From NCBI GenBank assembly GCA_038845865.1, contig JAWBQJ010000004.1:77689-141688 (forward strand): a stretch of 64,000 nucleotides of DNA, given 5' to 3'. Origin of the DNA: Desulfurococcaceae archaeon (GTDB lineage Archaea; Thermoproteota; Thermoprotei_A; Sulfolobales; Desulfurococcaceae). Positions 26,365 through 35,528 of this stretch are shown here, piece by piece. The stretch's first letter is position 1. Each line of letters begins with the position of its first letter. The notes under the pieces are model-generated. The model ran no database searches. It was not told the origin of the DNA and worked only from the letters and a program-made list of their open reading frames with translations. A program made the position numbers and the translations under genes.

Positions 26365-28056
26365 TTAGCGGGTACAGAGACTTAAAACTTTGTGCAAATC
26401 GAGCTCCGCGATTACCACGGGGTTTTTGAGTTCAAGCCTGCAGAGAACACGAGGATCCACCTCACCGACGAACCCCAGCTCACTACCATGGGCTAGCACT
26501 ACTGCCGTCCTCTCCGGCAGGAAACCCTGAACCCGCCCCTTCACGAAAACCGGCGTTACCCCTAGTTCGCTTAGAATAGACTTGGTGTAAGCTAGTCCAT
26601 CGGTGATTGTTGCTTTATCGTGCATTATTGCTATTCCCAGCCTCCGCTCAACGCGTGCTAGCGTTTCGTAGTTCGCGTCCGGTACTACCACGTCACCGAT
26701 CTCGAACACCATCAACCTAGAGTACCTTTCACTGTTCTCCTTAACTACTTCGAGGAGCTGCGGTGCGAGCCAGATCCTGATTCCTTCAAACCTTTCTGAC
26801 CGCGGGTTTTCAACTAGGAACATCTCGTGCTGGAGGCCTAGTACGTCGAGCTGAACGGCCCTACAGCTCATCATGTAATTAGCGACTTCCTGGAAACCGA
26901 GACCTACGAGTATGTCTCTTAGACGCCTCGAGAGGTATTCTATGGGGCTTATCTTGCCAGGGACGTTGCTTGGAGGAAGCGATCCCGCCTCTGAGCCCAG
27001 TTTCTCGTAGCCGTACGCCATCGCGACGTCTTCGGCTACGTCAACCCAGGACTTCACGTCGATCCTGTAAATGGGAGGCTTTACTTTGAGATGCCTGTCT
27101 GTGGAGCTTACGACGTCGTAATAAAACATCTTGAGCAACTGTGCAATGTCGTCAACACCTAGCTGGACGCCGACGAGGTCGTTGACCTCCTCTACGGGAA
27201 CTTCTACGGGTTCTGCCGTTCTCTTGGGGGCTTCGACAACGATGCCGTTCTCGTAGTGGACTTTAACCACTTCTACAATACCGCTCTCAGAGCGTTCAAC
27301 TATGCTGGTAGCCATGATTGTGACTGCGTTTACAACGTCATCTGCGCTCATCCCCGTAGCGTCTATGAGAACGTTTTTAGTTGCAGGCCTCACTCTACAG
27401 TCCTCGCTATTGATGATTGGTACAAGGCTCAGTACATTGCCCCTCGAATCACGTAAAACCGGGTACTTCTCCATGTGCTTTATTATGTAACCGTATAAGA
27501 TGCCTTTTTCGGTTTTCTCGATGATCTCCCTCAAGGTCATCTCTCTCAGCTCTCCGAGAGGCCTGAAAGTGAGGTCAGGGTCTGCTAAGTCGTAGTGTAT
27601 TGGAGGCACTAGCTCATCTAGGTCGTAAACACCAATACTGATCTTCCTGCGCGCGCGTCCGTAGGTCTGGGTGATCTTTTCTTGTAGCTGCATTATTTGC
27701 GAGATCGCCTCGTCCGATAAAGCTAGATCCCTAACCACGGCTAGCGCTAAGTATGGTCTCTGGGGGATGCTTTTAGCATGCCCCACTACACTCGATTCTA
27801 CCACGGTGAATTCACGCCATTTCAACCCTAGCCAGGGTCGGAGAGCCCTTGCAAGGCCCTCTACGCTGAATAGGTCGGGGCGGTCGCTCGTGACCTCGTA
27901 CTCTATGACGTCGTCTTGTACCCTTTCGACTTCGCACTTTAACCTAGCGAGGGTTTTATAAATGGTTGAAGCTTCTAGCTTTACTTTGAGCAACGACTCG
28001 AGGTCCCTCCTGCTAACCTTAACTACGGGCATGGTATCACCCAATGTCCTCTTCAA
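26365..28056 (-). CDS. pheT: phenylalanine--tRNA ligase beta subunit (archaeal type)
   Basis: 563 aa with B3/B4 and B5 domains and a C-terminal catalytic-like domain. Confidence 0.9.
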   Translation of the reverse strand: MKRTLGDTMPVVKVSRRDLESLLKVKLEASTIYKTLARLKCEVERVQDDVIEYEVTSDRPDLFSVEGLARALRPWLGLKWREFTVVESSVVGHAKSIPQRPYLALAVVRDLALSDEAISQIMQLQEKITQTYGRARRKISIGVYDLDELVPPIHYDLADPDLTFRPLGELREMTLREIIEKTEKGILYGYIIKHMEKYPVLRDSRGNVLSLVPIINSEDCRVRPATKNVLIDATGMSADDVVNAVTIMATSIVERSESGIVEVVKVHYENGIVVEAPKRTAEPVEVPVEEVNDLVGVQLGVDDIAQLLKMFYYDVVSSTDRHLKVKPPIYRIDVKSWVDVAEDVAMAYGYEKLGSEAGSLPPSNVPGKISPIEYLSRRLRDILVGLGFQEVANYMMSCRAVQLDVLGLQHEMFLVENPRSERFEGIRIWLAPQLLEVVKENSERYSRLMVFEIGDVVVPDANYETLARVERRLGIAIMHDKATITDGLAYTKSILSELGVTPVFVKGRVQGFLPERTAVVLAHGSELGFVGEVDPRVLCRLELKNPVVIAELDLHKVLSLCTR

Positions 28057-29656
28057 CCTTAAGCCAGGCCTCTTCCAGTAGCCGCCTCTCCTCGCTACTC
28101 CATTGGAGCAGGTTCTCCAATTGGAAGAGCTCGAAGAAGTTGTTCACGCCATTAAGGTATGCAAGTGGCGCGTACACGGATATGAAGCTGTAAGCGCCCT
28201 TCACGTTCCTCAGCTTGAGAAACGCCGCTACACCGAGTTTACCATACAAATACCGGGAAGAGAGGGGAGTGTATTCGAAGTTTACACTTAACTCCACTTG
28301 ATTTTCTAGGACTCCACTCACCCGGGAAACGTCTATTCCTGCTTTAAGCGACTCGATAGCATACCACGACTTGACGAAGTCCTTGAAGGCGCTCTCGATA
28401 CTACCTTTCCCGTGATTACCGGCAATGGCGCTGCCCACTAGTGCCGATATTACTGCCTTGTTAACTAGTTGCGAGGGCGATATTGTGTCGGCGTCATCCA
28501 TGTCCGTGTGATAGTACTTACTGGGCCACTCGTTCAGCATCACGCTATCTATACCCCACAGCGTAGTTACGTCGTGGTCGCTCCCCGCAGTATATGGTGC
28601 TAGAGAGTACCTGGATGCTGGTAGCTTGAATCCTCCAAAAGAGCTTGCCTCGTCTAGTACAAGTTTCGTTGCTATGTACGCGTATGCCGGTGAAACGGAT
28701 CTCGCGAATAGAGGCGCGTTAACTATGTTGAGCGTTGAGTTCGTAACCCACTGCTTCGAACCCACCATATCCAAGTTTACTGCGGCAACCGGCATCCATG
28801 GCAGGTACTCGTGAACGTAGACCGTGCCCGAGTACTCGGGCACAAAGAGGTGTGCATGAGATATTTTTTCCGGGGATCGACGTAGTAGCTTGGCAGTAAG
28901 TACATTCGCCACTACACCACTAGCGTTGTCATGTGCTCCTGGTTTCGGGTGACATATGTGGCTAATGTAAAGTACACCCGGGTCCTCGCCGCTATACGCC
29001 AGTAGCCCGTACATGGGCTTTGACATGTATTCGGTATCGACTTTCCAGCATACCTCGAGCTTCTCGTTCCTGCCTAGTAGTGAAATGGCCTTTAAGGCGG
29101 TAGTGTAAGGTACATTTACGACACTGGTATTCTTGATCTCCCCTTCCTTGATGAAGAGGCCCGTGTACGGCACGGCCTCCGAGTGTCTCTTGCTATCATA
29201 CAGTATTATTAAGCGCGCGGGTATTTCCCGGTAGGCGATGTAGCCGGGCGCCTCGACTAGCACCACCTCTCCATCGCACCCAGACACCTCCTTACAGTAT
29301 TTGAGCTCTCCACAGCCTTCACTGGGAGGGGAATGAGCTGCAATCAGAGTGGGGTGGTCATGGTAGTTGAACTTGGCTAGTTGGGAACCTCCGATTCTAA
29401 GCTCCACAAACCCGTCCCTGGCGTTCCAGGAAACGGGCGTCTCCATGAACCCCCTTTTACTGCTACTCGGTACTTCGAATAGCGTGGTCTTAAACCCCAT
29501 CGTTTCGAAACTCTCCGCGATCTCCTTGGTGGCCTCCTCGAGCCCACTACTACCTTGAATCCTATGATACAATGTAATTTTCCTTAACAAGTCCCTAGCT
29601 TCAAGTGTTAACGGTACCCCTGAATACCGTTCTAGCAAGCCCCGCAAGCCGTTCAC
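28037..29656 (-). CDS. M28-family metallopeptidase-like protein
   Basis: Contains HPKPGAHDNASG and NLDMVG motifs plus His/Asp ligands typical of M28 aminopeptidases. Its stop overlaps the pheT start by 20 nt. Confidence 0.5.
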   Translation of the reverse strand: MNGLRGLLERYSGVPLTLEARDLLRKITLYHRIQGSSGLEEATKEIAESFETMGFKTTLFEVPSSSKRGFMETPVSWNARDGFVELRIGGSQLAKFNYHDHPTLIAAHSPPSEGCGELKYCKEVSGCDGEVVLVEAPGYIAYREIPARLIILYDSKRHSEAVPYTGLFIKEGEIKNTSVVNVPYTTALKAISLLGRNEKLEVCWKVDTEYMSKPMYGLLAYSGEDPGVLYISHICHPKPGAHDNASGVVANVLTAKLLRRSPEKISHAHLFVPEYSGTVYVHEYLPWMPVAAVNLDMVGSKQWVTNSTLNIVNAPLFARSVSPAYAYIATKLVLDEASSFGGFKLPASRYSLAPYTAGSDHDVTTLWGIDSVMLNEWPSKYYHTDMDDADTISPSQLVNKAVISALVGSAIAGNHGKGSIESAFKDFVKSWYAIESLKAGIDVSRVSGVLENQVELSVNFEYTPLSSRYLYGKLGVAAFLKLRNVKGAYSFISVYAPLAYLNGVNNFFELFQLENLLQWSSEERRLLEEAWLKVEEDIG

Positions 29657-29837
29657 AAAGACACCTTAGCTTGAATTGGAGCCGTCAATCAAGAAAGAAT
29701 GAAAAGTGTAAAATTTAAATACCGCACCTAGGTGGTTGGTTACGGTATTCATGATTCATGCTGGTGCCAGTGTAAATCGGCGTGAAGCATGGTCAAATAA
29801 AACCGTTTCGGTTTTCCCGGTTTGCTGCTTTGAAGAA

Positions 29838-30287
29838 TCACCTAACAACGAATACGGAGACCGGTGCGTTGACTATTAGCGAGAGAGCGAAGCCTCCTAG
29901 ACTTATTTCGCTGAGCCACGTTTTACCCCGTGCACCCAGGATCACGAGGTCGTAGCCTTCGCTAATGATCTCTTTGATTACAGCTGCTTGGGGGCTCTCG
30001 TTTTTAGGGTCATATTCAATGCTCTTGTAGCTAGCATTTACGGGCAATCCCTTTAACCTTTCTTTAGCCTTAACAAGCGGGTCCTCGAGCTCGCCGGCTC
30101 CCCGCGGTCTAGCGCTTACCACCACTATTCGGGAACCATAACGCGTGGCCAGGTCAGCAGCTACCATTAACGCCTTGAGGCTTGTCTCACTACCGTCTAC
30201 GGGTACCAGTATTTTCCTGTAGTAGAAGCTTATCGTGTAAGAAGGGGCTTCCGACAAGCTATCACCACTAGGAGGCTTTAGCCTCAC
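29838..30287 (-). CDS. universal stress protein UspA family
   Basis: 149 aa with a Usp fold and a glycine-rich ATP-binding motif (GARGKT). Confidence 0.75.
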   Translation of the reverse strand: MRLKPPSGDSLSEAPSYTISFYYRKILVPVDGSETSLKALMVAADLATRYGSRIVVVSARPRGAGELEDPLVKAKERLKGLPVNASYKSIEYDPKNESPQAAVIKEIISEGYDLVILGARGKTWLSEISLGGFALSLIVNAPVSVFVVR

Positions 30288-31335
30288 TGGGTATTATGCC
30301 TTGCAAAGCACCTATTCCGAGCGCCTCGTTAACCTTCTTGACCACTTTTAGAGGGTCGGTTTCGAGGTTCATCATCGCATAAGCTACGTCCAGGTTCTCT
30401 GGAATGACTATTGCCTCCTGGTGAATTGCCTGTACCAATGTAAAAGCCTCTTTGGCGAGCTTAACCATGTTGGAGAATACAACATTCTCGTAAATGTCGT
30501 AGCGGGGCCTATTAGCATCCCTTGAAAGCTCTACGATCTTGCCCGTGGAGTCTATCTTCAGTAGCGTAGAGTCGAGAACTAGTATTCTACCACTAGATCG
30601 CAGAAGCCCGGCTAGCTCGTCGGTAGAGAGGGGTTTTTTGAGCTTCACGTTCATTACTTGCATGTGCATTAGCGTCGTAGGAACGACCAAGGCAACTGTT
30701 TCGATGGAAACATCCCCCACGACCGTTTTGACGTCGAGGGCGTGGTGGCTGGGTATCGTAGAGGAATCAAGCGCTATAGAGCTCACGGGACCTCTGTGGT
30801 CTTCGCGAGGATCACTAGCCCTCCTCACGATTACTGCAAACACGGAGTCCAATTGCCCGGTGCCTATGGAGCAGATTATCCTCAACATTCCGGTGGTATT
30901 GCAGCTAACGACCCTTACGTACTTCTTACCAATAGCTGCTTCATAGTTACAGAGTGTGCTGTAACTTAGCCCTGCAACTTCGGGAGACTCGCCGCCCTGG
31001 AATACTGCCGGCTTATTGTACCTAACGTACAGCTCCTTATTCTTAGCGCCCTGTTTCCCTGGTGATGCGTCATACACTATATCAGCCCCATCCACCAGGT
31101 CTTCCACGGTGCCTTCAGGCTCTACGCCGGCGTTCCTGAACTCGGCGAACTTCTCGCGCGGTGTGAATATCCTTATCCCATTCCTATGAGCCAGTAGGGC
31201 AGAGTAGTCGACGGTATACTTGGCAACCCCGACGAGTTCGAAGTCCTTTACCCTTAAAACCGCGTCTGCTATTCGTTTACCTATAGTGCCATACCCGTTT
31301 ACGGCCACCTTTACTCCCATGATACCACCTACCAT
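30268..31335 (-). CDS. gap: glyceraldehyde-3-phosphate dehydrogenase, archaeal type
   Basis: Contains the Rossmann motif VNGYGTIGKR and the active-site SCNTT. Confidence 0.9.
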   Translation of the reverse strand: MVGGIMGVKVAVNGYGTIGKRIADAVLRVKDFELVGVAKYTVDYSALLAHRNGIRIFTPREKFAEFRNAGVEPEGTVEDLVDGADIVYDASPGKQGAKNKELYVRYNKPAVFQGGESPEVAGLSYSTLCNYEAAIGKKYVRVVSCNTTGMLRIICSIGTGQLDSVFAVIVRRASDPREDHRGPVSSIALDSSTIPSHHALDVKTVVGDVSIETVALVVPTTLMHMQVMNVKLKKPLSTDELAGLLRSSGRILVLDSTLLKIDSTGKIVELSRDANRPRYDIYENVVFSNMVKLAKEAFTLVQAIHQEAIVIPENLDVAYAMMNLETDPLKVVKKVNEALGIGALQGIIPSEAKAS

Positions 31336-32558
31336 CCTAGGAATATCTTAGCGGAGAGCTCTAATGCTTTAATAGCGGGGAGTTCTTCGCCGCTCAGGTA
31401 GAGTAGCAGGGAGTTTCCCCCCGTTGAGACGTGTATTCTACTACTGTCTACGTCTAGCGGTGCCATTGAGCTTAAATGGCCACCTGCTATTAAGACGAAT
31501 GCTTGAGACTCAATGGCGACCTTAAGTAGTCTAAGGGTGCCAGCCTTGAACTCTTCTACTTCGATTACGCCGGCTGGACCTCTCATGACTATCGTTTTAG
31601 CCTCCTTTAATAGCTCTTCGTATATCTTGAGGGTGTGCTCGCCTATGTCCATTGCAGTACCTCGCAATTCTCCTAGGTAAGCGTTTTCCGTATTGCCGTT
31701 GTGCTTTATCTTAAAGTCTACGGGCGTTTCGATCGGCGCACCCCTCAGCAAGAGGTGCCTCGCTCTCGGAATGAAGGGGGTGAGGCCGTTTTCCTCGAGC
31801 AACTTGAAGTTCTCTGCACCGATGTCGACTCCTTTCGCGGCCAGGAATAGTAGCCCTAAGAGCCCGCCGGTTAGTATTCGGTCGGCTAGCTTGCTCTTAG
31901 CTAGGTTTTCTATAACGCGCAGGTGTTCTGCGACCTTTTTACCTCCAAGTACGTAAACCCGTGGAGGTTCCGTTTCCGCGAGAATCCTGCGGAGCGCCTT
32001 TATCTCCATTTCAAATAATGGGCCGATCGCGCTGGGTAGCAATAGCGGCAACCCGACAATGCTAGGCTGGCTTCTGTGGGCCGTTGCAAACGCGTCATTA
32101 ACGTAGACGTCCACGACCGAGGCCATTCTTTTAGCAAATATGCTTAAAGCATGTTTTTCAGGAGGAGCTTCTAGAATTTCCTCCGATACCAGCCTCAGGT
32201 TGTCAAGTAGTAGTATTTCACCTGGTTTAAGAGCCCTTATCTCGTTCAGAGCTGTAGGCCCTATGACGTCGTTTACGAATTTCACCCTTTCTCCCAGGTA
32301 CTTCTCTAGGAGCTCCCGGTGCCTTTCTAGTGTAATGAAGTCCGAAGAGCCCGGCCTACCCTGATGCGAGCCTAACACCAGTGCAGGAGTATACTTGTTC
32401 ATTATTTCTCTAATGAACCGCGCATGAATGCGTATCCTCCTGTCATCGATGATCTCCTCCGTATCGGGATCTATTGGCACGTTGATGTCTATCCTCATGA
32501 ACACTTTCTTTTCATGCACATTCACATCACTAAGCGTCGGGAGCCTGGGTACGTACAT
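31329..32558 (-). CDS. pgk: phosphoglycerate kinase
   Basis: 409 aa with PGK family motifs. It is adjacent to gap and co-directional with it. Confidence 0.9.
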   Translation of the reverse strand: MYVPRLPTLSDVNVHEKKVFMRIDINVPIDPDTEEIIDDRRIRIHARFIREIMNKYTPALVLGSHQGRPGSSDFITLERHRELLEKYLGERVKFVNDVIGPTALNEIRALKPGEILLLDNLRLVSEEILEAPPEKHALSIFAKRMASVVDVYVNDAFATAHRSQPSIVGLPLLLPSAIGPLFEMEIKALRRILAETEPPRVYVLGGKKVAEHLRVIENLAKSKLADRILTGGLLGLLFLAAKGVDIGAENFKLLEENGLTPFIPRARHLLLRGAPIETPVDFKIKHNGNTENAYLGELRGTAMDIGEHTLKIYEELLKEAKTIVMRGPAGVIEVEEFKAGTLRLLKVAIESQAFVLIAGGHLSSMAPLDVDSSRIHVSTGGNSLLLYLSGEELPAIKALELSAKIFLGW

Positions 32559-32782
32559 TGCTAGCTACCACCGATCGCGGTAAGGGGCTGAGACCTTATA
32601 AGTACTCATGGACACTTTTATTTTACTAACTGCGGGGGGCAGCGAAGTACTCTACGAGAACTTTTAAAGCAACTGCGTTAAAGTTGTGAGGCAGGGAGCG
32701 CATTAATACGCTTCTTTACATTCAACGGCCAGTAATGCCCTGTGTACCCCGAGAACACGAAGAGCTGGAAAAGTGAAACGGT

Positions 32783-32810
32783 AAAAAAGGGTCTAGCCCG
32801 GTGAACGGGG
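32783..32810 (-). terminator. putative cren7 terminator (short hairpin plus T6 run)
   Basis: Immediately after the cren7 stop, the minus strand reads ccccgttcaccgggctagaccctttttt. Confidence 0.3.
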
Positions 32811-32813
32811 TTC

Positions 32814-32999
32814 TTAACCACAAATCGGGTACTCGTCGGGTACCTTTACTCTAAAGTACCTGCCTGTTTCTGGGTCCTGGAATAACCCTATCTTTACTCC
32901 CTTCCTACCTGCGGGGGCTAGCTGCCACACCTTGATTGGCACTAATTCGAGTTCCTTGCCACTTGGCGTCTTGACTTTAACTTTCTGAGTACACGGCAT
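32814..32999 (-). CDS. cren7: chromatin protein Cren7
   Basis: [61 protein letters not shown] closely matches Sulfolobus Cren7. The real start is ATG at 32999. The ORF track's TTG start at 33011 adds four residues. Confidence 0.85.
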   Translation of the reverse strand: MPCTQKVKVKTPSGKELELVPIKVWQLAPAGRKGVKIGLFQDPETGRYFRVKVPDEYPICG

Positions 33000-33029
33000 G
33001 CGTACCACCAATGGGACATAATACAGTCA

Positions 33030-33050
33030 TGGTTTTAAATACCTTTTTGT
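33030..33050 (-). promoter_or_regulatory. putative strong BRE/TATA promoter of cren7
   Basis: The minus strand reads acaaaaaggtatttaaaacc. Its TATA element is centred about 37 nt upstream of the ATG at 32999. Confidence 0.45.
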
Positions 33051-33117
33051 ACAATGCCATAAACTTGTACATAAGGCACGTGAATGTTTGCTCATTACAT
33101 GAAAGCAGGAACGTTTA

Positions 33118-33180
33118 AGAGTCAGCTACCCCGGAGGGTTAACTTCATCAAGGTCCTAAGGCACGACTCTCATCATCAGT
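33118..33180 (-). ncRNA. candidate C/D-box sRNA
   Basis: The minus strand reads actgATGATGAgagtcgtgccttaggaccTTGATGAagttaaccctccggggtagCTGActc. It has C (AUGAUGA), C' (UGAUGA) and a terminal D (CUGA) box with short complementary flanks. The D' box is poor and the C'-D guide is about 19 nt. Confidence 0.25.
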
Positions 33181-33249
33181 AAAAACTATGGTTATGGAGG
33201 TTTATTTAAACATTGCTACGAAGTCGCGGAAACCCCATTAGAGCAGCAG

Positions 33250-34422
33250 TCACGGCTCTTCGCTGTACGTACCGTACTGTCTGTTCCATTCCCTGTAGAC
33301 CTCGACGAGTTTCATATCAATGCTTGGTTTATGTTTACCGATCACCACAACGAAGTCGTCGGTCTCGACCTTCCTATCAGTAGGCTTTACGCCCCTTTCG
33401 TTGATTTCTTCCACGATGTTGTTTTGTACTTCTTTGACTATGGAAACTATGTCGGCTGAACTGTAGCCTTCCGTCAAGTCAGCTAGTTTATCGCAATCTA
33501 TCGAACCCAGGGGAAATGTTTTTGTAAGCATCCTTATGTAATGTTCGAAGAGGAGTTTACGGATGCCTTTATTTGGTGGAGGCACGTAGATCCTCCGCTC
33601 AAACCTCCTTATGAACCCGATATCGAGTAGCCAGGGTTTATTAGTTGCACCTATCACGAATAGTGGAAGCTTCGAGCACTCCTTGCTTGCAAGCCCATCC
33701 ATTTCTATGAGAAACTGATTCCTAGCCCGCTTCTCGCCCCCTATCTCGACGCTGTACTGTTGGAAAAGGGCATCGACCTCGTCTATGAACACTATTACAG
33801 GGGCGCCTTGACCTGCAAGTTCGCGGGCTACTGTGAAAAGGGCCTTAACATTCTTCTCCGTATCACCAAGCCACTTGCTCATTATATCCGCTGGGCTGAT
33901 GTTTATAAGGACAGCATCTATCTCGTTGGCTAATGCTAGCGTTATCTCTGTTTTACCACAACCGGGAGGGCCGAAAAGGAGTATGCCCTTGGGCCAGCCG
34001 AGGGGGTATAGGTCCGGGCTCTTAACGGGGTAGATCACAGATTTCTTGAGGGCCCTTTTAACGTTCTCTAAATCGACGAGGTCATCGAACGTTTTCTTAG
34101 GCCTCTGCTCGGGCCTCAGTACCTGGAATACTTGTACATTTGCACTATTACCACCAATTACCGGGGAAGCGCCGGTATCCGCTATTCGGGGCCTTTCCGC
34201 GAGCATTTTTTCAAGAGCGGCTACTCTGTTCTTGTACTTCGATATAAGCTCCTTGTAGAAATCTGCCAAAGGCGCATCTGGGTACAAAATCAGGTACTTG
34301 GTGAAGAAGTCTATTGCCACCTTATAGTACTTTACCGCAGTCTCGTAGTCGCCTGCCTTGTCGGCGGCTATTGCTTTTTGCGCATACTCTACGCCCTTAT
34401 CTGCTATGTGGTACATGCTCAC
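33250..34422 (-). CDS. vps4: Vps4-like AAA+ ATPase with N-terminal MIT domain (CdvC)
   Basis: The N-terminal 75 aa form an MIT-like three-helix region. A Walker A motif (LLFGPPGCGKTE), Walker B motif (IVFIDEVD) and the AAA second region of homology follow. Confidence 0.85.
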   Translation of the reverse strand: MSMYHIADKGVEYAQKAIAADKAGDYETAVKYYKVAIDFFTKYLILYPDAPLADFYKELISKYKNRVAALEKMLAERPRIADTGASPVIGGNSANVQVFQVLRPEQRPKKTFDDLVDLENVKRALKKSVIYPVKSPDLYPLGWPKGILLFGPPGCGKTEITLALANEIDAVLINISPADIMSKWLGDTEKNVKALFTVARELAGQGAPVIVFIDEVDALFQQYSVEIGGEKRARNQFLIEMDGLASKECSKLPLFVIGATNKPWLLDIGFIRRFERRIYVPPPNKGIRKLLFEHYIRMLTKTFPLGSIDCDKLADLTEGYSSADIVSIVKEVQNNIVEEINERGVKPTDRKVETDDFVVVIGKHKPSIDMKLVEVYREWNRQYGTYSEEP

Positions 34423-34462
34423 GCTAGCACCTCTGGTTACTCGGCCTGCCTGTACGCTACCG

Positions 34463-35413
34463 CTACCGTCTGCGTACTCTGATGATGTTCCTGGCTTCGA
34501 GGGATCTAATGGCCTCCAGGACTACCTCGCGCGTTACACCATATTTTTTCTCGAACAGCCTTATGTCCAGCACACCCCCGGAAACCTTAAGCTCGTTAAG
34601 TAACCACTGCTCGACAACGTGTAGTGGTACGCTCGACTCCACTACTGCCTTAACCGTATCTTTGAGGACCTCCTGCTCGGGCTTCGACCTCTCGGAAGTG
34701 GAGGGGATCGGTGCTGCTTCAGCCTTTCTTACCGTGACAGCGCTAACGGTTTCTTCTCGTTTAAGTTCAGTGCTTTTTACCAGGTTCCGTGCAACGCTCT
34801 CTAAGGGCTTTTCGCCAGCTCTCAATTCCATGGCCTCTCTTTCAACGCTTTTAGCCCGCTTCTGTTCACTAACGTCGATCTTCGCGCTTACCGGTTGTTG
34901 CGGTATACTACTTATACCCGGTATGTAAGACGACGATAACGCCATAATGCTTGCAACTCTCTGCTCGAGTGCCTTTATCTGGTTGATCAGCTGTGGGTTG
35001 ATCTTCTCGATGACGGGCTCCACGGATCTGAGCTCTTCCAGCACTTCTGGTATGATCTTCAACGGCTCTTCCACGTAGAACAGGGTTTCAAGCCTGTACT
35101 TCACCCTTGCGAGGTCGTATATCGTTTTAGTGATCATCGAGAGGTACCCGTATATGTTCCTGATCTCATCATCGATGATCTTTGCCAGCTCTTTATCGTC
35201 ACCTTGTACCTTTAACTTTTTTTTGTGCTCCTCTATAGCCGTTTCGAGGTTTTTCTTAGACGTTTCAAGGGATCTCAGCATCCTGTCTATGATGCCCGCT
35301 GATTGCAGGATCTCGCGCTTAAGGGGATCTCGCGATTTAAACACCGAATAGAGCTTACTGAATATTCCCGCACTAGTTGCTGATAGGGCCATCACAATAC
35401 CCTCTATATGCAT
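34463..35413 (-). CDS. cdvB: ESCRT-III (Snf7)-like protein with C-terminal winged-helix domain (CdvB-like)
   Basis: 316 aa. The N-terminal charged helical hairpin region resembles Snf7. The C-terminal ~60 aa look like a winged helix (GGVLDIRLFEKKYGVTREVVLEAIRSLEARNIIRV), as in Sulfolobus CdvB. It lies immediately upstream of vps4. Confidence 0.5.
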   Translation of the reverse strand: MHIEGIVMALSATSAGIFSKLYSVFKSRDPLKREILQSAGIIDRMLRSLETSKKNLETAIEEHKKKLKVQGDDKELAKIIDDEIRNIYGYLSMITKTIYDLARVKYRLETLFYVEEPLKIIPEVLEELRSVEPVIEKINPQLINQIKALEQRVASIMALSSSYIPGISSIPQQPVSAKIDVSEQKRAKSVEREAMELRAGEKPLESVARNLVKSTELKREETVSAVTVRKAEAAPIPSTSERSKPEQEVLKDTVKAVVESSVPLHVVEQWLLNELKVSGGVLDIRLFEKKYGVTREVVLEAIRSLEARNIIRVRRR

Positions 35414-35528
35414 TCACTTAATGTATTGCATTTGTTAGAACTTTTAAGGAGGGGAGAGAGTATTACCGCGCGATCTCCCGTGGCTATTATTAATCTCAGT
35501 AGTGTTATTCTCCTAGAGGTAAGGCTCG

